Below are positions 37,794-46,412 of a DNA stretch of 64,000 nt, in pieces (positions within the stretch are counted from its first letter, which is position 1; the number at the start of each line of letters is the position of its first letter). Origin of the DNA: an uncultured Candidatus Micrarchaeota archaeon (GTDB taxonomy: Archaea; Micrarchaeota; Micrarchaeia; Micrarchaeales; Micrarchaeaceae); assembly GCA_963762355.1 (NCBI GenBank), contig CAVXKJ010000001.1:24860-88859 (forward strand). Direction: 5' to 3'. The translations under genes were made by a program, and so were the position numbers. The notes below the pieces were generated by a model, which saw only the letters and a list, made by a program, of their open reading frames with translations, was not told the origin of the DNA and searched no databases.

Positions 37794-38246
37794 GTGGAGG
37801 AATGTGAGCTGTGTGGCAAAAGAACCTCGGATGTCTATATAGTGAATGTTGAGGATGTCGAGCTTAGGGTCTGCACCAAGTGTGCAAGCGGCAAAAAAAT
37901 AGTCTCAAAGCTCGTTGAGCAAAGAAAGGTTCCAAAAACATACACAACTGAAAGAAAGAACGATTATGAACTTCTTGTTGATGATTATGGGACTGTGATA
38001 CGCAACGCAAGAGAGCGCATGAAAATTCCCGTTAAGGTACTTGCAGAGTTGATAAATGAGAAGGAGACATATTTACTGCACGTTGAGCAGCAGAAGACAC
38101 GCCCTTCGGAGGCATTGAGAAAGAAGCTTGAGAGGGAATTGGGCATAACACTTGTTGACAAATCAGCAGCAAGCGGAGATAGTTCTCATGGGAGAGGCGG
38201 CGGTGACGGAATAGTTCTTGGGGATTTCATCACAAAGAAGAAATAA
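37794..38246 (+). CDS. mbf1: archaeal multiprotein-bridging factor 1 (zinc ribbon plus HTH)
   Basis: CELCGK...CTKCA ribbon, then an HTH region IRNARERMKIPVKVLAELINEKETYL. Confidence 0.8.
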   Translation: MEECELCGKRTSDVYIVNVEDVELRVCTKCASGKKIVSKLVEQRKVPKTYTTERKNDYELLVDDYGTVIRNARERMKIPVKVLAELINEKETYLLHVEQQKTRPSEALRKKLERELGITLVDKSAASGDSSHGRGGGDGIVLGDFITKKK

Positions 38247-38260
38247 TAGAATGATGTGTA

Positions 38261-39313
38261 TTGATGGCCGTAGACCTTAGCAAACTAATATCAAAGAGGA
38301 AACTGCTCTTTGATGATCTTAGGGAAAAAACAATAGCAATAGACGGCTATAATGTTCTCTACCAGTTCCTCTCGATAATCAGGCAGCCTGACGGCACCCC
38401 TCTGATGGATTCGCATGGCAATGTCACAAGCCATCTTTCAGGAATATTCTACAGGACGATAGAGCTTGCAGATTATGGCATACGGCCTATATACGTGTTT
38501 GACGGCCTTCCCTCTGTCCTAAAGCAAAAGACAATAGCTGCAAGGATGCAGAGGAAGAAAGAGGCGCACGAGGCATTTGAGAGGGCAAAGGCATCCGGTG
38601 ACATAGAGGCGATGAGATCGCATGCGATGGCAACCACAAGGATAGACAAAAACATAATAGAGAGTTCAAAGCTGCTTCTTGATACTATGGGCATAGGATA
38701 CATGACCGCTCCAAGCGAGGGGGAGGCTCAGGCAAGCTACATGTCAAAGAACGGGCTTGTATATGCTGCGGCAAGCCAGGATTATGATACGCTTCTATTT
38801 GGTGCACGCTACATAGCGAGGAACCTTACATTCAGCGGGAGAAGAAAGCTTCCAAGAAGGAACGTATACATAAACGTGGAGCCGGAGCTTGTAAGCCTTG
38901 AGGATACGTTAAGCGCTTTGGGAATAAGCCGAAGGCAGCTTATCTGGCTGGGGATATTACTTGGAACCGACTTCAACAAGGGAATAAAGGGCGTCGGGCC
39001 CAAAACTGCGCTTAAGATAGTGAAGGATGCAAAGAGCATAGACAATGTAAAGGAGTATGTGGCAAAAAACTGCAAGGAGGATTTCGAGCTTGACATAAAT
39101 GAGGTTGAGGATCTTTTCCTAAACCCTGAGATAAAGGAAATGAATCCGGACGATGTTGAAAAGCTGCTTAGCAAATCTTATGACAGAGAGAAAATAATAA
39201 ACGTAATGTGCAAGGATCATGGCTTTTCAGAGGAAAGGATATCGAAATACATAGACAAGCTTGCAAAGGGCAAGATCGACACAAAGCAGAAAGGGATAGG
39301 CAGCTGGTTCTGA
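38261..39313 (+). CDS. fen: flap endonuclease 1
   Basis: AIDGYNVLYQFLS, IYVFDG, EGEAQASYM and LGTDFN motifs. Confidence 0.95.
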   Translation: MMAVDLSKLISKRKLLFDDLREKTIAIDGYNVLYQFLSIIRQPDGTPLMDSHGNVTSHLSGIFYRTIELADYGIRPIYVFDGLPSVLKQKTIAARMQRKKEAHEAFERAKASGDIEAMRSHAMATTRIDKNIIESSKLLLDTMGIGYMTAPSEGEAQASYMSKNGLVYAAASQDYDTLLFGARYIARNLTFSGRRKLPRRNVYINVEPELVSLEDTLSALGISRRQLIWLGILLGTDFNKGIKGVGPKTALKIVKDAKSIDNVKEYVAKNCKEDFELDINEVEDLFLNPEIKEMNPDDVEKLLSKSYDREKIINVMCKDHGFSEERISKYIDKLAKGKIDTKQKGIGSWF

Positions 39314-39356
39314 TTCCTGAAAGTAAAGCGTTATATAACTTACTTCATATAATTCT

Positions 39357-39737
39357 TTGATTCCGATGGAAAATAGGGATGACCAGAGCAACAAGAATAA
39401 TGATGGGAGAAATTGGAATGCGATCACCCGCCATCAGATGGATATTGCATTCGAGAGAATAGTTCCGTTTGTCGAACTGATAGACAAGCATGACTGCATT
39501 GTAATAGTTGTTGAATTGCACGGCTACAATAGCAGGGAGATACAGCTCAATACTGACGGCTCAGTGCTAAATATACATGCCGATGCGCTTGGAAGAACAT
39601 GGAATAAGGGCATAACATTTCCAGTAGCAATAGACCCCAAGAACTCCGAGGCAACATACAACAATGGCATACTTGAGGTGACTCTTAAAAAGGGCTACTG
39701 CGGCAGTGAGGGGTTTGTGCTGATAGAATTGATTTAA
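39357..39737 (+). CDS. Hsp20/alpha-crystallin small heat-shock protein
   Basis: C-terminal ATYNNGILEVTLKK motif. Confidence 0.8.
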   Translation: MIPMENRDDQSNKNNDGRNWNAITRHQMDIAFERIVPFVELIDKHDCIVIVVELHGYNSREIQLNTDGSVLNIHADALGRTWNKGITFPVAIDPKNSEATYNNGILEVTLKKGYCGSEGFVLIELI

Positions 39738-39746
39738 GGTGTAAGA

Positions 39747-39878
39747 ATGCAGATAAAAGTAAAAAGATCGAAAAAGCTGATAGGAAAATCGTATAGGAAC
39801 GTTAGAAAGATAGCAAGGTTGAGAAAAAAGCACAGGAAGACCATTAGGGCAAACAGGAACAAGAGAAAGAAGAGCTAG
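39747..39878 (+). CDS. candidate very basic 43-aa protein
   Basis: Hand translation gives MQIKVKRSKKLIGKSYRNVRKIARLRKKHRKTIRANRNKRKKS. It is not in the track because it is under 60 aa, and it lies 9 nt after the hsp20 stop. Confidence 0.3.
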   Translation: MQIKVKRSKKLIGKSYRNVRKIARLRKKHRKTIRANRNKRKKS

Positions 39879-39931
39879 TCAGTATATACCTCAATAGTGG
39901 CTTTCCTAAAATAATTATCCAGAAATATATT

Positions 39932-40426
39932 TTAATATAAATAGACCCTTTTCTGGGATACTGCTACCGCTGCATCTGCTTTTCTAAGTAATTCATTTGG
40001 TGCTTCTGACTGTTCTTGCGGTGCGGCAGCCTCGCTGCCATTTATTTCTAAAACCACCACACGAGAAACGCCGCCATAACCGTTGTAGTCACAGACGAAC
40101 AGCCCCCCACCGAACCTGCTGTGCACGAGGCAGGCGGCAAGAGACATTGATTCAACTTCTTCGTCGCGAAGGTATGTCCATTGGCCGGATTTTAATTTGT
40201 CTGCAAATACAGCATTTGATTCGGGATCGTTTACTATTTCACTGCCTCTTTTCAGTGTGAGCATCTTTCTTCCTTCCATGCCGTCCGTTATTTCCATTAT
40301 CTGTTTCAGGTTGAAGCCTTCGGCAAATATGAGTTTTTCATATAACTTGCCATTTGCTGCAAAATTTTCAGTAATTATCGGTTTCGGCAATTGCCTTTGT
40401 GTTGTTTTTTTAGCTTCAGCACTCAT
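39932..40426 (-). CDS. hypothetical protein
   Basis: 164 aa with native-like codon usage and no motif. Confidence 0.5.
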   Translation of the reverse strand: MSAEAKKTTQRQLPKPIITENFAANGKLYEKLIFAEGFNLKQIMEITDGMEGRKMLTLKRGSEIVNDPESNAVFADKLKSGQWTYLRDEEVESMSLAACLVHSRFGGGLFVCDYNGYGGVSRVVVLEINGSEAAAPQEQSEAPNELLRKADAAVAVSQKRVYLY

Positions 40427-40570
40427 TTTATCACTTCAGATAATTGTAATTGTTATGATATTTAAGCCTTCCGAATGGGGCTTTTTAAACCTATATTTTT
40501 AGCTTCTTGAGCTTCTGTTATTGATAACAACGTGCATTTCAATAATATTCTCACATATAAGCTAATCTGT

Positions 40571-41221
40571 TTAGTATAGATCTCCAAACATCTGGTTGTT
40601 GAATTCGTATGCAACAGTATCCTCGTTGAAATCAATCTCCTTGAGCATGTCGTCCTTTGCGTTGAATTCCTTCGGGTCCTTGCCATTCTCAAGCACGTAT
40701 ATCGTCGACTTGAATTCATAATATACAAAAACCCTTCTTGCACTATCGTCTATCTTTACAAAAACCCTTGAGGAGGGATTTCCAAGCCTTATAAGCATGC
40801 TGCAGAGAAGTATTGCCTTGTCCATTATGTCACCCATCATGAATGTTATTGCCTCTGTAGGTGTTATCCAGAACTGAAGCGGAAGGATGACGTCCTCTAT
40901 CTCGCGGCTCACAAAATCGAATGCGAGAATGCTTGCATCGTAGAAGTTGTTCGCATATGTGTAATTCATAAACCTTGATTTTACCCATTCTGCCTTTTCC
41001 TTTACCGCACTGGAATCTGGCGTTACAAGAGTTGGAAGCTCGGCAACAGAAAGGTCCTCCTTTTCCTCTATGTAATCCTTGTATCTTGATATTATTGCGA
41101 TATATAGATCATTCAGCCTTCGTATCCTTTCGTTGTCAGCGGCGCCTTCCATTTTTATCGTATACTTATGCCATGCAAAGTAAATTAGCATTTTGGGCAG
41201 ATGCTGGTAGAGGGAAGCCAA
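40571..41221 (-). CDS. hypothetical protein, possibly an inactivated transglutaminase-like fold
   Basis: GDIMDKAILLCSMLIRLGNPSSRVFV resembles the G-x-C...A..L...LLRa.GiPaR core, but has Ile at the catalytic Cys position. Confidence 0.45.
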   Translation of the reverse strand: MASLYQHLPKMLIYFAWHKYTIKMEGAADNERIRRLNDLYIAIISRYKDYIEEKEDLSVAELPTLVTPDSSAVKEKAEWVKSRFMNYTYANNFYDASILAFDFVSREIEDVILPLQFWITPTEAITFMMGDIMDKAILLCSMLIRLGNPSSRVFVKIDDSARRVFVYYEFKSTIYVLENGKDPKEFNAKDDMLKEIDFNEDTVAYEFNNQMFGDLY

Positions 41222-41315
41222 TAGGAAGCTATATAAACCGATCGGAAAAGACTTATATATATGGGCAGCGGTATATTATCACGTGATAAATGCGTAAATG
41301 GGATAAACTGATACT

Positions 41316-42341
41316 ATGGCCTCACCAAAAGAGCTGGCATTATGCCATGTGATAAAGAACGGAAGCATTCTATTGATAAAGGGAGATTCAGGACTAAATG
41401 ATGGGAAGTGGAATGCTCCATCAACTGAGATTGAAAGCGGGGAAAGGCATGACAAGGCGGCAATTAGGGCAGTATTCCAGCAAAGCGGTATTTTTGCAAA
41501 CAAAGTAATTAATCATGGCACAATAAGAATTTTCCTTAACGGCAAGGTGGAATATGATTACAAGATTCAATTATACTCAACAAAGGTTTTCAGCGGCGAC
41601 CTTAGGCCAAACATACAGGGAGAGGCCCGCTGGTTCAATACAAGCGAAATTCCATTTTACGAGATGTGGCCAGACAACAAGTACTGGATGACTCTTCTTC
41701 TTGAGGGAAAGAAGTTTGACGCTGATTTCTTCCTTGACGAGAATAACGAGACTGTTGTCAAGTACCAGATAAGGGAAAAGAAAGAGATTGTAAAGAAGGC
41801 ACTACCTTTGATAATTGTGGCTGCAGTTATCACACTTCTGATATTTGGGATAGTGAGCAGCGGTATACTCAACCAGAAGGCGGCGGCAAAGCCGGTTGCA
41901 GTGCTTACTCCGCCAAAATCTACAACTTCAACAACTACCACTATTGCAACAACTACAATACCAGCACCGCAGATAATCCCTCCTGCGCCTATTTCACAGA
42001 GTGAATTCACTAATACGACATACATTTATTACATATATTATTCGGGAAGTCCTCCACAGGCAGAGACATATTATGCCGTGGCAAACGGAACTGGAATAAG
42101 CAACTGGAAAGTGCTTGTGGGAAACCCTGTATATTTGAAGAGCGCGTACTGTTCAGTTTACAGCTTCTACACCTATTGCACCAGTTCAATCAACTATGCG
42201 AATTCAAACAGCAGCAATTCAACAGCAGCTACAGCTACATCAACAAAAGAGATAAGGATAGCAAATCCGGAGTGCCTTGCGCTCAAACCATCAAACCCAA
42301 ATATATGCTACAACACATATTACAATACAACAAGCAGCTGA
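41316..42341 (+). CDS. NUDIX-like domain fused to a TM helix and a Thr/Ser/Asn-rich C-terminal region
   Basis: The N-terminal Nudix fold has a degenerate box (GERHDKAAIRAVFQQSGI). It is followed by the TM segment LPLIIVAAVITLLIFGIV, then STTSTTTTIATTTIP and a Tyr/Asn/Ser-rich tail with Cys residues. Confidence 0.6.
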   Translation: MASPKELALCHVIKNGSILLIKGDSGLNDGKWNAPSTEIESGERHDKAAIRAVFQQSGIFANKVINHGTIRIFLNGKVEYDYKIQLYSTKVFSGDLRPNIQGEARWFNTSEIPFYEMWPDNKYWMTLLLEGKKFDADFFLDENNETVVKYQIREKKEIVKKALPLIIVAAVITLLIFGIVSSGILNQKAAAKPVAVLTPPKSTTSTTTTIATTTIPAPQIIPPAPISQSEFTNTTYIYYIYYSGSPPQAETYYAVANGTGISNWKVLVGNPVYLKSAYCSVYSFYTYCTSSINYANSNSSNSTAATATSTKEIRIANPECLALKPSNPNICYNTYYNTTSS

Positions 42342-42345
42342 TCAA

Positions 42346-42987
42346 ATGAGTACGAATACAAAGACCCGTTATACAAAAGCGCAACTAGACACAGTGCTTG
42401 GAGTAATAAGGATAAGGCAAGGTGAGTACAATCTCGAATCTTCAATACGTGATATTTTTAAGTCTGGCGGCAGACTGGTTTATACCAATTTATGCGATGG
42501 CAACACTTACAATAAAGTTGTTGATACTTTAGGATTTAGGGAAGGCAGTAGCGCAGAAACTCTTCTTAATAAGATCTATATCGATGTTGTTATAGCAGTA
42601 AATAGAGATATTACTATGATTGGAGGGGCCTTTTTAGACGCTAGTGCTGAAAGAAAATTTTTAAGTGATAACTCATATAAACATGCAGTTAAGAGTTTTG
42701 TTGAAAGATTTCGATCCCGGCTTAGTGGGTTTGGTTTGGATGATATGGAAAATATAAATGGCGCGATAGTATATGCTATAACTATACCTGCTATATGTGA
42801 TATTAGAGGGTGTGATATTAGGCTTGCCTCATTTGTAGCACCATTAATCGAAGAACTAAAGAATTCAGAAAAGAGCGATAGACTAAAAGCGTTGATAGAT
42901 TTCCTTGTCAAAACCAACGATGTAAAACAGTTTGTAGGAGCTGGAGAATTTACAGATATTACTTCGTATATGAGAGTGGTGCATTAG
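42346..42987 (+). CDS. orphan hypothetical protein
   Basis: 213 aa from the ATG at 42346, with A/T-rich codons. Confidence 0.45.
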   Translation: MSTNTKTRYTKAQLDTVLGVIRIRQGEYNLESSIRDIFKSGGRLVYTNLCDGNTYNKVVDTLGFREGSSAETLLNKIYIDVVIAVNRDITMIGGAFLDASAERKFLSDNSYKHAVKSFVERFRSRLSGFGLDDMENINGAIVYAITIPAICDIRGCDIRLASFVAPLIEELKNSEKSDRLKALIDFLVKTNDVKQFVGAGEFTDITSYMRVVH

Positions 42988-43053
42988 CATTTCTTATTAT
43001 CTTGATTTGGCATACTAATTTTTAAGTTTTCCTTGCTCCATACTATTGTTTGC

Positions 43054-44784
43054 ATGGACAACAAGCTTATTGCGGATATCTTCAATACGATTGCTGCAAT
43101 GATTAGCATTGAGGAGACGCCCAGTTCCCGCTTCGAGGTGCGGGCGTACCAGAAGGCTGCGCTTACAATTGGAACGCTCCAGGAAGCGGTTGAGGACATA
43201 TACAGGAAGGAGGGCAAGGCTGGGCTTATCAAACTGCCTGGCATAGGCAGGGGGCTTGCTGACAAGATAGAGGAATATATAAAAACAGGGCATATAAGGA
43301 AATACGAGGAGCTTCAGAAGAGGTACCCAATCGACATGAAGGCCCTTACAAGCATAGAAGGGGTAGGCGCAAAGAAGGCTATCGCTCTTTATAGTGAGCT
43401 TGGGGTCAAGGACATAGGCACATTGAAAACTGCAGTAAATTCGCATAAGATCAGGACGCTTCCAGGATTTGGGGAGAGAAGCGAGAGCATGATAAAGAGG
43501 GGCATTGAGTTGCTCGAGGGGCAGAAGGGAAGGCTATTGCTTGGTGATGCGCTGCCTGTTGCTGAGTCAATGATTGATAGGCTTCTCAAAAGCGGGCTTG
43601 TCGATAGTGCTGTAATTGCAGGATCTGCGCGCAGGATGAGGGAGACTGTAGGAGACCTTGACATACTTGCGCTTTCAAAGAATGGAGGAAAGGTAATGGA
43701 TTTCTTCGCTAAGATTCCTGAGGTGTCGGACATTATAGCAAAGGGCCCTACAAAGAGCACCGTATCCCTCAAGATAGGCCTGAATTGCGACCTTAGGGTT
43801 ATATCTCCAGATAGCTTTGGGGCTGCACTGCAGTATTTCACCGGGAGCAAGGACCACAATGTGCAGGTGCGGACAATAGCTGTAAGGAAGGGATATAAGC
43901 TGAATGAGTATGGGCTGTTCAAGAAGAATGGCAGACTTATGCAGACAAAAGATGAGAAAGAGGTATACGGCAAACTTGGCATGGACTACATGCCTCCGGA
44001 GATGCGCGAGGCAAGGGGCGAGGTAAAGCTTGCGCAGGAGCACATGATACCAAGGCTCGTAGAGCTGGCTGACATAAGAGGTGACATGCATACGCATACA
44101 AGTGATACTGACGGCGCAAACAGCATAGAAGAAATGGCAGAGTACGCTGCAAAGGCCGGGCTGGACTATTTTGCAACAACAAACCATACAAAAAGCCTTG
44201 GTATAGCGCGAGGAATGAATGAAAAGCAATTTGAAAAATTCTTCAAAAAGGTCGACAAGCTGAATGATTCATTGGACGGCAGAATTCATATACTGAAAGG
44301 CGCAGAGGTTGACATACTAAAGGATGGATCGCTCGACTTGTCTGACGAATGCCTTAAATCAATGGATTGCGTAGTAGGCGCTGTGCATTCGTATTTCAAG
44401 ATGAGCGAGGCAGAAATGACAAAAAGAATATGCAAGGCTCTTGATACCGGCCTTGTGAACATATTAGCGCATCCTACGGGAAGGGAATTGAATGCAAGGG
44501 AGCAGTATCCGCTTGACATTGAAAAGCTGTTCGAGAATGCGGAGCGCAACAAGGTTACTCTTGAGATAAACTCATTCCCAAGCAGATTGGATCTTAGCGA
44601 CACCAATATAATGAAAGCCTCAAAATACAAGGTAGACTTCTCAATAGACACAGATGCCCACAGGACATCCCACTTTGCATTCCTGAGATACGGGGTCGGC
44701 ACCGCAAGGAGGGGCTGGCTTACAAAGGAAAGAGTACTGAATACGCTTACTTTCAAGGAGATTGTCAAGAAACTGGAAAGATAA
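43054..44784 (+). CDS. family X DNA polymerase with C-terminal PHP domain
   Basis: HhH motifs (LPGIGRGLADKI, IEGVGAKKA), the nucleotidyltransferase motif GDLDIL, and the PHP motifs DMHTHTSDTDG and AHPTGR. Confidence 0.9.
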   Translation: MDNKLIADIFNTIAAMISIEETPSSRFEVRAYQKAALTIGTLQEAVEDIYRKEGKAGLIKLPGIGRGLADKIEEYIKTGHIRKYEELQKRYPIDMKALTSIEGVGAKKAIALYSELGVKDIGTLKTAVNSHKIRTLPGFGERSESMIKRGIELLEGQKGRLLLGDALPVAESMIDRLLKSGLVDSAVIAGSARRMRETVGDLDILALSKNGGKVMDFFAKIPEVSDIIAKGPTKSTVSLKIGLNCDLRVISPDSFGAALQYFTGSKDHNVQVRTIAVRKGYKLNEYGLFKKNGRLMQTKDEKEVYGKLGMDYMPPEMREARGEVKLAQEHMIPRLVELADIRGDMHTHTSDTDGANSIEEMAEYAAKAGLDYFATTNHTKSLGIARGMNEKQFEKFFKKVDKLNDSLDGRIHILKGAEVDILKDGSLDLSDECLKSMDCVVGAVHSYFKMSEAEMTKRICKALDTGLVNILAHPTGRELNAREQYPLDIEKLFENAERNKVTLEINSFPSRLDLSDTNIMKASKYKVDFSIDTDAHRTSHFAFLRYGVGTARRGWLTKERVLNTLTFKEIVKKLER

Positions 44785-44836
44785 TACTCAGATTACGACA
44801 TATGACGGGCATCATACGACAGTATAAATATCAGGG

Positions 44837-46351
44837 ATGCTGCTATTATATTGTGATAAATTGGCATTGCTAAAGAGGACTTTGTCAAGCGGAGCTGCAT
44901 TTAGAGGAGTAGGTGCAGCCATAGCAAGCGGCGCTATCGCATATGAAATCGGCCCGGTAATCAATAAGGTATTTGCAGCCCAATCCGAGACGCCGATGTA
45001 CAATGGCTCTTATGCTACTGGCTTTGTGTTATCAGGCGTTCTTGCGACAATGGCTGTTGACTCTATCGCAAGACCAGTTTTAACATACTGCAAGGAAAGC
45101 AGCTACTCAAGATACATAAGAAAAAACGTCCCGGAATTGGCACAGAATGCACAATTAGATCTAAATCTAATATCTGTAATGTACCTAGATGCCATAGTTG
45201 CAAAAGGCGCCAGCAAGGGGTTCAGCCGAAAAAGAGTATACACTCTTTTAGGTGCTGTTTATGAGAGTGCTGAGCCGTGCAACCTTTTAGAGGATATGAT
45301 TCCTAAAATGCCTAGCGAGATTCAGAAAAATCTCATTAGGAAGACTAGAGTACTAGCAAGCGAAAGGCTTGAGGTTTTAGAGAACTGCGAAGAGACAATT
45401 AAGAGAAATAAAGATAAACCTATGAAATTTACATCCGATGGCAATAGCATTAGAGCTATACTAAGGGGTGTTGAATTCAATGGCGAATTATACATTACGA
45501 AGCTAGAGGATCCCACTACGCATGCAATTGGTTCTCTTCCGCAGGACATACGCGATCCCCAGCGCAGACACTTAGATCCTATAAGTATACAACTTAATCC
45601 GAATACAGGCAGGTATGAACCATCTAGAAGATATGTACAACCAATTATAGATGCACGTGATGACTTTGGAGACAAAGATAAATTGCTTGATTTTCAGTTC
45701 TTTCGCAATCCACTTATTGGTGCTGCATTAGGAGGAGTTGCAGCGATAATGGATATCAATCATGGAAATAATATTGGGCTTACAGGACTCGCCATTGGCG
45801 TATTTGGAGGAGGAGCAATAGGCTTCATGCCACAATTGCTTGATCCGTATAGCAGGCTTCATAATAGTATAGAGGAATGGATGTATGATAAGGAGAACCG
45901 CCTACCTTTGTATCACCGTCCAATCGGATGGTGGGCATATAGATTAGGAGGTCTTGTCTATGCAGATAGTTATGTTCATCATCAGATAAGACATTGGTTT
46001 ATGACTGAAAGGCATTGGTATTTGTTCCTGCCCCTATGGCCGTTTAGAGTGGGATACGAAACTGCATGGCTATTGGCTTTGAAGGCACCACAGGATTCAA
46101 TAAAAGTAATCGGAGGATTTATTGTAGATAAGTTTTTCAAAGAGAAAGTAAAACAGTTGTATAAGATATGGAAGTTCTCTGCAGGATTAGCTCTTACATA
46201 TGAAACCGTGGCACATGTCATAGAACCTGGATTGCAGAGCATTGGATTAAGCGACAAAAGCAGGGATGTGTTGGAGGTCGGCATAGGAGCCGCTGCCTAT
46301 TATCTTGTACCTAAAACCGTCGATGTGTTGAGAAAGGCTTTGAAAAAGTAA
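44837..46351 (+). CDS. orphan Gly-rich membrane-associated protein
   Basis: 504 aa with glycine-zipper-like segments (GAAFRGVGAAIASGAIAY and LIGAALGGVAAIM...GLAIGVFGGGAIGF). No known domain. Confidence 0.5.
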   Translation: MLLLYCDKLALLKRTLSSGAAFRGVGAAIASGAIAYEIGPVINKVFAAQSETPMYNGSYATGFVLSGVLATMAVDSIARPVLTYCKESSYSRYIRKNVPELAQNAQLDLNLISVMYLDAIVAKGASKGFSRKRVYTLLGAVYESAEPCNLLEDMIPKMPSEIQKNLIRKTRVLASERLEVLENCEETIKRNKDKPMKFTSDGNSIRAILRGVEFNGELYITKLEDPTTHAIGSLPQDIRDPQRRHLDPISIQLNPNTGRYEPSRRYVQPIIDARDDFGDKDKLLDFQFFRNPLIGAALGGVAAIMDINHGNNIGLTGLAIGVFGGGAIGFMPQLLDPYSRLHNSIEEWMYDKENRLPLYHRPIGWWAYRLGGLVYADSYVHHQIRHWFMTERHWYLFLPLWPFRVGYETAWLLALKAPQDSIKVIGGFIVDKFFKEKVKQLYKIWKFSAGLALTYETVAHVIEPGLQSIGLSDKSRDVLEVGIGAAAYYLVPKTVDVLRKALKK

Positions 46352-46412
46352 GTACGCTAACAATATATGTCCAATTAAGGATAAATTCTGCATTGCATAT
46401 ATTTTCTTTTTG

